Positions 1 to 10,700 of a stretch of 64,000 nucleotides of DNA are shown here, piece by piece. Location: the NCBI GenBank assembly GCA_043228905.1, contig JBHGNT010000006.1, forward strand, positions 21,018,001 to 21,082,000, given 5' to 3'. The position numbers were made by a program, and so were the translations under genes. This stretch comes from Azolla caroliniana. Taxonomy: Eukaryota > Plantae > Polypodiophyta. Every line of letters begins with the position of its first letter. Position 1 is the first letter of the stretch. Under the pieces are notes generated by a model. It did not search any database and was not told where the DNA came from. It saw only the letters and a list, made by a program, of their open reading frames with translations.

Positions 1-518
1 GGATGTTTTACGTGGAAAACCCTAAATGGGAAAAACCACGGGAGTCCTCAAACTCCAACTATCACTATAAACAGAGATGTACACTGGTGAAGCTACAAGG
101 CAACAACCTTGAGCTCACTGTCTTCGCCACAGGCGGCGGTAATACACAGAGGCAACGACCTCTTCGTCTCTCTCTCTCTCTCTCGGCTGCTCTCACTTCG
201 CATAAAAATGAGCAACAACATTTAAACTGTTTGCCCTAAGTCATATTTATACACATATGACTTTCGGGCTATTTACAAATATAGCCTCAAGGGCTCTTGG
301 CAAACATATTCACAAATATGTCCCCGCATCCGGATCTCTCTCCGGGTACATTCGTCATCCGGCTCCGTAACCGGGGTCTTCATCATCCGGCTCCGTAGCC
401 AGGGTCTTCATCATCCGGCTCCGTAGCCGGGGTCTTCATCATCCGGTTCCGTAACCGCAACCGGGCTTGCCGTCATTCATCTCCGGACATCCCATCCGGA
501 GGGACCGAATTCCCAACA
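1..518 (-). mobile_element. Copia-type LTR (5' or solo LTR, truncated by window start)
   Basis: Ends GGAGGGACCGAATTCCCAACA (TGTTGGGAA.. on minus). Colinear similarity to the LTR at 44717-45269, which abuts a PPT and Copia RT/RNaseH. No PPT next to this copy. Confidence 0.7.
353..456. repeat. 28-bp tandem repeat (about 3.5 copies) inside the LTR
   Basis: Unit CATCATCCGGCTCCGTA(A/G)CCGGGGTCTT read directly. Confidence 0.9.
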
Positions 519-546
519 CAAAGCTATCGAATGAGGTATATCTTTG

Positions 547-798
547 TCAATGTCGCATTCTTCTCATAACTGTCCAACATTTGACAAACTTGTAGGTTGT
601 GCACATGAGAGTATTGTGAAGTGGATTGATTCTGAGAGGTGCAAGCGAATATGAGTGTATTGTGAAGTAGATTGATTTGGAGAGTTGCAAGTGAATGGTT
701 GCTCTAGCTAGTTGATGAAGTTTAGAACATTCTGCAACTTCATATCGGGCAACTGTTGATTCATATTCAATTGGATCTATACGTCCTTCCATGACCAA
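547..798 (-). pseudogene. possible Copia gag fragment
   Basis: LARATIHLQLSKSIYFTI resembles the conserved Copia gag helix; short and degenerate. Confidence 0.35.
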
Positions 799-862
799 AT
801 AATCTTCTTCTTCTTCTTTTTAAGAAGATATCCTGTCATTAGTGTAACCATTTTTACAAGAT

Positions 863-1342
863 TTAAATTCTATGCGATTGGGGGGGAGACAACCATTTCG
901 GAGGTTGAAAATGCCAATAAGGAGTACCACAGTTGGCTGTCATGAATGGAGTAGCTTTCCATATCGTGATAAACTCATGCCGTTGATCAATTTTAGCATC
1001 AGAATCTCCAACAATACCATCCCATTGTCCCTTCAAAGTATGAACTATGTCTAACCAAATATTTGAAACCAATTCAGCCGGTGGTGTTTTAAGCTGATGG
1101 AAAATAAGAGAGCACCTAACCTTCCAAATGTGATATATAGTCAATATCTCCCATACTGGTTGGACTTCCTTTCGTGTTCCTATAAACTGTAATGACAACA
1201 ATGGTACTATATGAACACTTCCAGATTTAGTGTAAAATCCATGGTCCATACATTCGGTGTCATAATGAAATGCATCACGGACAAGAGATGTCCAAACCAC
1301 CATGCCCCAAGTGAAGTTGCCCCAAGTGAGATTCACGACCAA
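863..1342 (-). pseudogene. possible LINE ORF2 C-terminal fragment
   Basis: W..L.IYHIWKVRCSLIF......P......IW pattern is typical of the region after the zinc finger in plant L1/Tx1 ORF2. Confidence 0.5.
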
Positions 1343-1665
1343 ATAATCTTAAAGTTGCTCCTTCCAAAAGTTAAAGTTCAATTGAACTTCATTAAAACAC
1401 ATGGTTACTGATTATGATATCAAAACCATAACGAAAAATGTAGGCTTTTTCATTTCTTTTTTCCTTTGACAAAACCAAAGGTTGAGTTGAGACTAAACGG
1501 TCAATCAAGCGTAAAGCTCAAAGTGAAACCTCAAAGCTAAATTGAAGGTCGAGTTGGATAAACTAAAGGTCAATCTTAGTGTAAAAGCTCAAACCCAAAT
1601 GGACATGTATGAAATCATCGTTGATGAATCGGGAATGCCCATGAGCCTCATCATCATCCTGGCCG

Positions 1666-1862
1666 GTGTATGTATGGCATGTGTATGGTATGTATGGCAC
1701 GTATGTATGGTATGCATGCCATGTACGCATGGCATGTGTGTATGGCATGTACATATGTATGGATGTATGCAATTGGCAGGTGTGTATGCATGTCCACATG
1801 CATACATCGGCATGCACGTATGTATATATGTCATGCATACATGTATGTATGTATGTCATGTA
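1666..1862. repeat. degenerate (ATGT/GTATG/CATG)n simple-repeat tract, left flank of the MULE
   Basis: Low-complexity GTAT/CATG tract; a similar tract resumes at 14459-14540 on the other side of the element. Confidence 0.85.
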
Positions 1863-2105
1863 CGCTCGTGTCTATTCTGCATCAAATCATAAAGAGGGTT
1901 GGCGAGGGAATCGCGGCCACAGACGATGTAGGTCGCTTAGAGGAAGGCGCGTGTGATATGCACCGCCAGATTTCGATAAGGACGAACGCGCGAAAAAAAG
2001 AGTTGTCAGAGGTTGCCCAACTCTGAGTCGATGGTCGCCCAACTCTGACTGTTGCAAGTCGCCCAACCGTTTTAGGTCACCCAACCCTGACATTTGCAGG
2101 TTGCC

Positions 2106-2460
2106 TGTCATAACTAGACTCGAACCCATAACCTTTTGTTACACGGGTCGAGACTTTACCATTAGGTAGTGTCATAACTAGACTCGAACCCATAACCTTT
2201 TGTTACACGGGTCGAGACTTTACCATTAGGTTATGAATTGTAATTTGAAGGATATTATTTTCATTTAGGTTTTATTGGGAAATTGATGTATATTCCAGAT
2301 TTCTCTGGAACATTCTAGAAACTTCAGGAGTATTCCTGAAGACACTATAAAAGGAGGCGCAAGGCATTAGTTCGAACCAAATCGGGTTCAACGCCAGTCT
2401 TAAGCCTTCTAACTACTGTTGTATATCTTCCTTCATATAATACATATATCTTTCGCATCA

Positions 2461-2504
<44 letters not shown>

Positions 2505-2637
2505 ACTCATTCCTTCTCTCAAAGTTCGACACCTCTCATAGTACTAATCCTTCTCTGTCTTAGTACTATTCCCCGACAATAGTACTAATCCTTCTTTTAG
2601 TACTAATTCCTTCTCTGCCTTAATAGAGTTCCTGACA
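2106..2637 (+). repeat. 5' LTR of the chromovirus
   Basis: TGTCATAAC...CCTGACA; TATAAAA at 2346; direct repeat of 7485-8013. Confidence 0.95.
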
Positions 2638-2738
2638 GTTTGAACCGATTTCTGGGTGCCTGTCTGGTCTTTTCTCTCCCTCTTCCTTCTGTCTCCCTCC
2701 TTTCCTATTAGTCTCTTATTTCCCTTTTCCTTCATCCC

Positions 2739-3908
2739 ATGGCCACCGTTAGCGCTGAAGAGTATCAATCCGTTTTCTCGGAATTTCAATGCTTGAAAGA
2801 GAAGTTTCATGCTTTGGAACAAGAAAATCAACGCTTGTTGGGGGATCTTCAGCAAATTTCCTTAGAAAAGCAGCAAACGCAACAACAGCATGGGGAACTT
2901 GCGTTACGCGTGCAACAACTCGAAGCAACCATCGTAGCAATGCAACAACAAGGGCACGGAGCACAAGGGATTCATAAAGAACCCAAGATTGGCCTTCCCA
3001 CGAAGTTCGATGGAACGCGATCGCAGTTTAGAGGGTTTCTTAACCAGGTACGGTTAGTTATTCAAATGCATCCGTCCCGATATCCCACCGATGCATCACG
3101 AGTGGGTTTAGTAGGCACGTTGTTAAATGGCTCAGCATTAGCATGGTTCGCTCCGCTACTAGAAAAGGAATCTCCAGTACTAAATAATTTTGAAGAATTC
3201 ATAAGTGAGTTTAAAGCATGTTTTGGAGATACTGACAGCATAAGGACTGCAATCAACAAAATCCGGCGATTACGCCAAGGTGACCGTCCAGCCTCCGCAT
3301 ATGCTGCAGATTTCCGCCTACTCGCCGCCGATATCCCCTGGGATGATCAAGCATTGATGGAGCAGTTCCGTTATGGTCTACGCAACGATGTCAAGGATTT
3401 ACTCTTGACTTTCCCTGAAGAGCCAAAATCATTAACAGAAGCAATCAGTCGAGCGGTCAGATGTGACAACCGCCTCTTCGAGCGACGTTCGGAACGACAA
3501 TTTCAGATGCCGAGGGCAAGATCCGAGCCTACCTATGCCTCAGTGGTAGCGAAACCTTTTCAAAGGGAGTCACATAATGCGCCTCCAGTAAGTACTCCAA
3601 CTCCAATGGAAATTGACACTACACGTCGTCGTGGGCCGCTATCGGAGGAGGAAAAGCAACGACGCCGAACAAACCGATTATGCCTTTATTGCGGTGGACC
3701 AGGGCATATCGCGATAAACTGTCCCCATAGACCAAGAAGGCAGGTAAACCAAGTCGTTGTTAGTTCTGACTATACTAAACCCGAGTCTATTTCAGTAGGA
3801 ATCTCTGATAGTCCTCATAGTCATAATAGTCCTAATAGTACTAATAGTCCGAATCTCGCAAACAAATTTGATGTCCTTAGCCAATTAGAAGAAGAGTTAA
3901 ACGACTAA
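2739..3908 (+). CDS. gag: Gag polyprotein (coiled coil, Ty3 capsid, CCHC zinc knuckle)
   Basis: 389-aa ORF; PTKFDGTRSQFRGFL, LRQGDRPASAYAADF and CLYCGGPGHIAINC motifs. Confidence 0.93.
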   Translation: MATVSAEEYQSVFSEFQCLKEKFHALEQENQRLLGDLQQISLEKQQTQQQHGELALRVQQLEATIVAMQQQGHGAQGIHKEPKIGLPTKFDGTRSQFRGFLNQVRLVIQMHPSRYPTDASRVGLVGTLLNGSALAWFAPLLEKESPVLNNFEEFISEFKACFGDTDSIRTAINKIRRLRQGDRPASAYAADFRLLAADIPWDDQALMEQFRYGLRNDVKDLLLTFPEEPKSLTEAISRAVRCDNRLFERRSERQFQMPRARSEPTYASVVAKPFQRESHNAPPVSTPTPMEIDTTRRRGPLSEEEKQRRRTNRLCLYCGGPGHIAINCPHRPRRQVNQVVVSSDYTKPESISVGISDSPHSHNSPNSTNSPNLANKFDVLSQLEEELND

Positions 3909-3934
3909 GTCCAGCCAAAATAGGAGCCGTTTGG

Positions 3935-6900
3935 TTGGACAGCCCTAGATCTGTGCAGCCTATTAGTGGTTCCATTCCCTCTAAGCAAGTTAGTGATGTG
4001 TTCGTAGCCCAAGTAGCAGTTAGTACTAAAAGTACCCCTCCAGTACATACCTTAGCCCTTCTAGACTCCGGAGCTAATTCTTGCTTCATGGATAGGAATT
4101 TTGCCCGAGCTCATCAGATATCTCTCAGAAAGCTCCCATGTCCAGCCTCAGTAGTAGTCATTGATGGTCGTCCCATTGCTTCTGGTAATATCATAGAAGA
4201 GTCGGAACCCGTTAATATTGTCCTAGATAACTTAACATGTGTAGTATCATTTAATATTATTAGTATTCCAGAACATCCCATAGTTTTAGGATTACCATGG
4301 TTCGAGTTACATAACCCAGACATAGATTGGAGGACAAGGGAAATCCGGTTGCGACAAACCCAAGGATCTACCCAGAAGGTTGCAACCATTTCGCTACGTC
4401 AGTTGCGTGAGGAAGGGCGCAAGGAGGAAATGTTTCTCTTCGCAATATCAGTACAACCCTCCAGCACCACCAAAGAGGAGTCCACCGTTCAACTTCCCGA
4501 GAAGTATCGTCAGTATGCTGATGTGTTCGATAAAGTACAAGCCAACACACTTCCTCATCATCGGACGTACGATTGCGCCATCGACTTACAACCGGGAAAA
4601 GAGCCGCCATGGGGGCCGATCTACAATTTGTCACCAACCGAGCTAGAAGTCCTTCGAGCCTATATAGAGGAGAATTTGGAGAACGGTTTCATTCGGCATT
4701 CGAAATCTCCAGCCGGCGCACCCATTTTCTTCGTCAAGAAAAAAGATGGCTCGCTTCGACTCGTTGTAGATTACCGTGGCTTGAATAAGGTCACAGTAAG
4801 AAATAGGTATGCTCTTCCCCTTATCTCAAGTCTTTTAGAACGGATCAACGGTGCCAGGTTCTTCACGAAGATCGACTTACGAGGAGCCTATAACCTCGTA
4901 CGGATCCGACCAGGAGATGAATGGAAGACCGCGTTTCGCACCAGATATGGGCACTTCGAGTATACGGTCATGCCGTTCGGACTCACTAATGCGCCTGCAG
5001 TCTTCCAGCACATGGCGAATGATATATTTCGAGATCTCTTGGATGATTTTTTGATCATCTATTTGGATGATCTACTGGTTTATTCAAAGACCCAAGAAGA
5101 ACATGATTCTCATGTACTATTAGTACTAAAACGACTTCGAGAACATGGTCTGTATGCAAAGTTAGAGAAATGTAGTTTCGGGTGCAACCAAGTGGAGTTT
5201 CTCGGCTATGTCATCTCCTCAGAAGGCATATCTATGGACCCAGCCAAGGTCAAAACGGTGATAGAATGGCACACTCCGCGTTCGGTGCGGGATGTGCAAT
5301 GCTTCCTAGGCTTTGCAAATTTTTACCGGAAGTTCATACAAAATTACTCAAAAATTGTGCTGCCTCTCACACAGCTCACCAGGAAGGGACAATCATTCAT
5401 TTGGTCTAAAGAGACAGACATGGCTTTCGAGAGTCTTAAGAAGGCGTTTACATCAGCTCCAATTTTAGGTCATGTGGATCCGGAAAAACCATTCATTATC
5501 GAAGCTGACGCATCGGATTTCGCATTGGGGAGCATTCTGTCACAACAGGGTAACGACGAGAAGCTACATCCTGTGGCTTTCCACTCCCGTAAGTTTGACG
5601 CCGCCGAAATCAACTACGAAATTCATGATAAAGAGCTATTAGCAATAGTTGATTCTTTTATGCAATGGAGGCATTTCCTGGAGGGATCTCCTCATCAGGT
5701 CACTGTATTCAGTGACCACAAGAACCTTGCCTACTTTCAAGATGCTCGTGTACTGAATCGACGTCAAGCTCGGTGGGCCCACTTCCTCACACGCTTCGAC
5801 TTCAAAATTACATATCGTCCGGGGAAGCACCAAGGGAAGGCAGATGCATTATCACGGCGTTCGTATCTAACACCACGTCCCGGTGAGCCAGCTTTCGATA
5901 ACCAGAAGCAAGTAATCTTGGGTCCAGCACGACTGCAAGCAGCACAGGTCTTTGACATGCCCGTGGATTCCGACATTACCAATACTATACGTGAGGACTT
6001 GAAGACTGACGCTTTCGCCCAAGCTATACTAGCACAAATTGACCCCTCTCGAGCGTCATGTTCACAATCACAATCACCAGGTACGGATTATCGGCAATTC
6101 AAATACTGTGATGGATTACTCTTCTTTAAAGAACTTTTGTATGTTCCTAATGGTTCTTGCCGCCTTCGAGTAGTACAAAACTGCCATGACACATATACAG
6201 CAGGACATTTTGGTAGTACTAAAACATTAGATTTAGTACAACGATCATTCTGGTGGCCCCGTATGCGACAATTTGTCGAAGATTTTGTTCGGACTTGCGA
6301 TACATGCTGCAGAGCGAAAATGCCAAGACATCATCCATATGGTTTATTAGAACCATTACCAATTCCAAGCAAGCCATGGCAATCCATTGCTCTTGACTTC
6401 ATTACAGATCTTCCAGTCTCTAAGGGATTCAGTGCGATTCTCACAGTGGTGGATCGATATACGAAGATGGCTCATTTCTTACCATGTACTAAAGAAATAT
6501 CTAGTGAAGACACCGCCGAAATTGTCATGCGGGAAGTATGTCGGCATCATGGACTCCCTGATAATATCATCAGCGATCGTGGACCCCAGTTTGTGTCAAA
6601 ATTCTGGAAGCAGCTTTTTAAAATGCTGAAGGTCACTTGTAACCTCTCCTCCGGCTACCACCCACAAACCGACGGACAAGCCGAACGAACAAATCAAACA
6701 CTGGAGCAGTATCTGCGGTGCTTTCTCAACTATCATCAGAATGACTGGGCAGATATTCTTCAGTTCGCCGAATTTGCCTATAATAACGCTATCCACGCAT
6801 CGACTAAAGTCACGCCATTCTACGCTTATACAGGATATCATCCCCGGTGGTGTGTCCTTGAAACCCCAGAAGTGTCCACAAATCCTTGCGCGGAGGATCG

Positions 6901-7492
6901 TTTGGAGCGGTTACGCAAGATACAAGCGGAGTTATCTACTCAACTCCAGCAAGCTCAACAATCACACAAGGACTACGCAGATCGTCATCGACTTCCATCC
7001 AGTTTTAACATTGGAGATCGGGTGTGGCTGCTACGACGACACATCAAGACTACTCGCCCATGTGAGAAGTTGGATTATCGGCGATTAGGTCCTTTCCGTA
7101 TTATCGGGAAGATTAATGATGTCGCTTTTCGTCTCGAGCTACCTCCGCAACTTCGGATACATCCGGTGTTTCATAGTTCTCTCCTCGAACCCTATCACGA
7201 GAGCACTATCCCAGGACGTACTATACAACCACCACCTCCTATCGAGCTCGAAGATGGACCTGAGTATGAGGTCGCTGCCATCCTCGATTCCAAGATTGTT
7301 CGCAACAAACTCTACTATCTAGTCGATTGGCTAGGATATAGTCCCAGCGAGCGTACTTGGGAACCGATCGAGAATGTGACCAATGCTCGTGCTCTTCTAG
7401 AAGACTTCCATCGACGATATCCCGAGAAACCGGGTCCTCAATCCAAAACGACTCGTGGAACTCGTCGTTTTAAAGGGGGGATAGTGTCATAA
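3935..7492 (+). CDS. pol: Pol polyprotein: protease, RT, RNase H, integrase, chromodomain (probably expressed by -1 frameshift; frame open from 3881)
   Basis: LLDSGA (PR), YLDD (RT), EADASD (RH), H-H-C-C zinc finger plus SDRGPQF and GQAERTNQ (IN), YEVAAILD...YLVDWLGY...TWEP (chromodomain). No internal stops. Confidence 0.95.
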   Translation: MDSPRSVQPISGSIPSKQVSDVFVAQVAVSTKSTPPVHTLALLDSGANSCFMDRNFARAHQISLRKLPCPASVVVIDGRPIASGNIIEESEPVNIVLDNLTCVVSFNIISIPEHPIVLGLPWFELHNPDIDWRTREIRLRQTQGSTQKVATISLRQLREEGRKEEMFLFAISVQPSSTTKEESTVQLPEKYRQYADVFDKVQANTLPHHRTYDCAIDLQPGKEPPWGPIYNLSPTELEVLRAYIEENLENGFIRHSKSPAGAPIFFVKKKDGSLRLVVDYRGLNKVTVRNRYALPLISSLLERINGARFFTKIDLRGAYNLVRIRPGDEWKTAFRTRYGHFEYTVMPFGLTNAPAVFQHMANDIFRDLLDDFLIIYLDDLLVYSKTQEEHDSHVLLVLKRLREHGLYAKLEKCSFGCNQVEFLGYVISSEGISMDPAKVKTVIEWHTPRSVRDVQCFLGFANFYRKFIQNYSKIVLPLTQLTRKGQSFIWSKETDMAFESLKKAFTSAPILGHVDPEKPFIIEADASDFALGSILSQQGNDEKLHPVAFHSRKFDAAEINYEIHDKELLAIVDSFMQWRHFLEGSPHQVTVFSDHKNLAYFQDARVLNRRQARWAHFLTRFDFKITYRPGKHQGKADALSRRSYLTPRPGEPAFDNQKQVILGPARLQAAQVFDMPVDSDITNTIREDLKTDAFAQAILAQIDPSRASCSQSQSPGTDYRQFKYCDGLLFFKELLYVPNGSCRLRVVQNCHDTYTAGHFGSTKTLDLVQRSFWWPRMRQFVEDFVRTCDTCCRAKMPRHHPYGLLEPLPIPSKPWQSIALDFITDLPVSKGFSAILTVVDRYTKMAHFLPCTKEISSEDTAEIVMREVCRHHGLPDNIISDRGPQFVSKFWKQLFKMLKVTCNLSSGYHPQTDGQAERTNQTLEQYLRCFLNYHQNDWADILQFAEFAYNNAIHASTKVTPFYAYTGYHPRWCVLETPEVSTNPCAEDRLERLRKIQAELSTQLQQAQQSHKDYADRHRLPSSFNIGDRVWLLRRHIKTTRPCEKLDYRRLGPFRIIGKINDVAFRLELPPQLRIHPVFHSSLLEPYHESTIPGRTIQPPPPIELEDGPEYEVAAILDSKIVRNKLYYLVDWLGYSPSERTWEPIENVTNARALLEDFHRRYPEKPGPQSKTTRGTRRFKGGIVS

Positions 7493-7838
7493 CTAGACTC
7501 GAACCCATAACCTTTTGTTACACGGGTCGAGACTTTACCATTAGGTAGTGTCATAACTAGACTCGAACCCATAACCTTTTGTTACACGGGTCGAGACTTT
7601 ACCATTAGGTTATGAATTGTAATTTGAAGGATATTATTTTCATTTAGGTTTTATTGGGAAATTGATGTATATTCCAGATTTCTCTGGAACATTCTAGAAA
7701 CTTCAGGAGTATTCCTGAAGACACTATAAAAGGAGGCGCAAGGCATTAGTTCGAACCAAATCGGTTCAACGCCAGTCTTAAGCCTTCTAACTACTGTTGT
7801 ATATCTTCCTTCATATAATACATATATCTTTCGCATCA

Positions 7839-7880
<42 letters not shown>

Positions 7881-8013
7881 ACTCATTCCTTCTCTCAAAG
7901 TTCGACACCTCTCATAGTACTAATCCTTCTCTGTCTTAGTACTATTCCCCGACAATAGTACTAATCCTTCTTTTAGTACTAATTCCTTCTCTGCCTTAAT
8001 AGAGTTCCTGACA
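7485..8013 (+). repeat. 3' LTR of the chromovirus
   Basis: Direct repeat of 2106-2637; pol stop lies 8 nt inside it. Confidence 0.95.
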
Positions 8014-8401
8014 GTTGCCCAACTGATTGGTCGCCCAACCAAATGTATCATTTCGACCAAAATCTTCAAATAAGCTTGTTCATTACTGTTAAAACTTACA
8101 ATAACATATCAAATAGTCACAAAATCCAACCTTAAATTATTCAAAATCGACGATCTTTACCATACTTATGTTAAAACAAATAATCATATTAAAACATAAA
8201 AGTTAAAAGTTAAAAAACAGAGAACGTAAATCCACTTTAAACACCGTAAACCTAAATCAAAGGATGACATACTTGAATAAGGAAACTTAAACCATAAATC
8301 AACATATGACATACTCCCAAATGCACTCATAAATCAACATAAATCCACTTGAAACATTGTAAACCCAAATGCACCGGTCCGCAAAACCACTCAAGCTATG
8401 T

Positions 8402-10519
8402 TTATGGCTCATCTAGAGATGATGGCAATATGCGACCACAATTCTTGCAACAATCAACATTTGAGTCCCTTGATCTAAAGGTCAAGGCATCGCAATGCAA
8501 GCATCGCATCTTCTCTGTTGCACATATTGGCAACCGCCTCCTCGCTCGACTTGCGCCTCTTTGCACTTTTCCTGTGTGTGCCTTGCAAGTGTTTGGGGAG
8601 CTACCAATAAGATCTTGTGAAATGTTGATTGATGCCCCCCTTTTTGCACCAATTGCTTGCTTACGCCCTATGGATCCACGGTCTTCTTCATTGGTTGGTT
8701 TCGGTGCACCTAGGTGATACACCAATGTCTGACCTATTTCTTCAATGGACTCCATACATGCCAAAATTGTTGCACGGTCGAGGGATCGTAACCCTTGCCT
8801 AAGACATTGAATATCTCCCTCAACCGTTTGTATTTTCGACTCCCATTCCTCCATTTGTGATGTTTTAGGGTTTGTTTCCTCGACTGGTTCTGCCTCTGTC
8901 TCCACTTCTGTCTCTGTGAAATGGTCATTGCGCATATGGGTTGCATGATCTATAAAAGGCAACGACCCACATAGATGTGGCATGTGCCTCTCAATAATCA
9001 TCCTGATGCCGAGTATATGCTTACATTTACTCGTAGGGTCTTAGCAATCACAATATGAACATTGGAGCGATACATTATACCATACATTCGGTTTTGTCAA
9101 GCTCAATATTTTAAACCAATATCGGGGCTCGTCCACAATATGCATTGTCACATCATTAGTTTCATACCTCTCTAGTAGCCTTTCGGCCTCTTTAAGTCTT
9201 GTTGTTTGATCCCTACAATTTGCACGTGGTGCAAATCTACCACTCTCACATATTTCTTGTCGTTGCTTGTACCATTCAATAACAGTACCCCTGATGCAAG
9301 TGCCAATTTGACTGTCCCCGATTAAAACATGCACAAGATCGGTAATTGATCGGTTTATCCTCCCTCTTAAGGCAGTATATTTGATAAACTGCCAATGTCT
9401 CTCCACAAGATTGGTAGTGTTAACATGTCCATAGTTGAACATTCTACCAAATTTGGGCCACAGTTTCCTCCACACACATGTCAAGCCACACCATCCTCCT
9501 TCTATATATTGCCAAACACATGGCTTGTTTGCATATTCTACCTTTAACTCCTCACATTGGGCATTGAATGTGGATTCCGTAATGCATTGCATGAGTTGGC
9601 ACATCCGATTATAAAGATGGTTTCTCTCAGTTGCACTTACCTTTGGCAACAAGTTGTCCAACCATGCTTTTTTTGCGTGGAAGTGACACAACAAAAGTCG
9701 ACAATGTGTTTGCGACCTTTGCCCATTTGTAACTATCCAAGATAATCGGTCTGTTGCAACCACATTAATTATGGCATTATATGATGTCCAACTTTTATCG
9801 ATGACTATGGCATTTGGCCTCACATTGGGCATCCGTGCAAATGTGACTCTCAAGCAAGTTTCTAAAGCTACTTGCTCATGGTTAGACCCTTTATTAGAAC
9901 TACATATCATGTACCATAATGGGATACCAACTCCCATGGCATTTGGGGCCACAACTGCATATAATGGCAAGCCAAATTGGTTTGTTTTAAACGTGGAGTT
10001 GATTGCCCAAGAATTGATTATTGACAATCGCTCACACATCTCTAACATCCATTCATCTTGGAGCACCAAGATGAACGGTTGCCTTGCGGGAGATCCATAT
10101 TCACCAGGCAAGTAGGGTTGGACATGAGCCACCTTCCCAAGATCTCGGAGGGCATAGGTATCTTGCATCATCAAAGACCAATCAACCCCTAACATGGCAC
10201 TCCCAATTTTTATCTTGTTGGCCATGTTATTGACCTCCTTTGGTATCATAAAGAACCTATAACTCACAAGGTCTAATGGACTAGCCTTGGACTTATGATA
10301 TGCTTCCTTACGCATGTTCATCCGTGCCACATGTCATGCGCAACCAACATCAAAAAGGTCATCTCTACAACAACTTATAACATTTGGGGCCACTGGCAAA
10401 TAGTAAGCATTTGGTCTACTTCCTGGTACATGACCCGTATGAGGTCCGTATATTGAAACGGTCACTGTCCCATGGTCAACCTCGCCATTCATTCGAGCGT
10501 TCACATTCGAGATAAACAC
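8402..10519 (-). pseudogene. MULE transposase with SWIM zinc finger, disabled
   Basis: ORFs 10334-10519, 9041-10330 and 8402-9001 share one frame, separated by stops at 10334-10336 and 9041-9043. Motifs HTGHVPGS, I(N)STFKTN (expected catalytic D appears as N), IVIDK, LCHFH, TTNLVE, CDC*DPTSKCKH (SWIM) and a C-terminal CxxC..CxxC. Confidence 0.88.
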
Positions 10520-10700
10520 TTGTTGTAAACAAAAATTTCCATTAATAAGTAATCGCGATATACAATGAGTCGATTCTCGCTATACAAAATTTGTGTGGAT
10601 TCCAAAATATAGTTACAACATCAATTCTATAGCAAAATTTGTGCTGAAAACAACATTCACAAAATTTACAATATGGAGCCACCAGTCGTAGGTGCAAATC

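Larger units (their letters stand above)
2106..8013 (+). mobile_element. Full-length Ty3/Gypsy chromovirus (Tcn1/Tf1-sushi-like), nested in the MULE
   Basis: TG...CA LTRs at 2106-2637 and 7485-8013, differing only by a 1-nt indel and CT-repeat length as far as I can see. PPT AAAGGGGGGATAG before the 3' LTR. GTTGCC on both flanks. Intact gag and pol. Confidence 0.96.

Noticed and set aside
1542-2026. Overlapping ORFs rich in C/M/Y/V/H
   Set aside because: Translations of the (ATGT)n tract; no coding signal.
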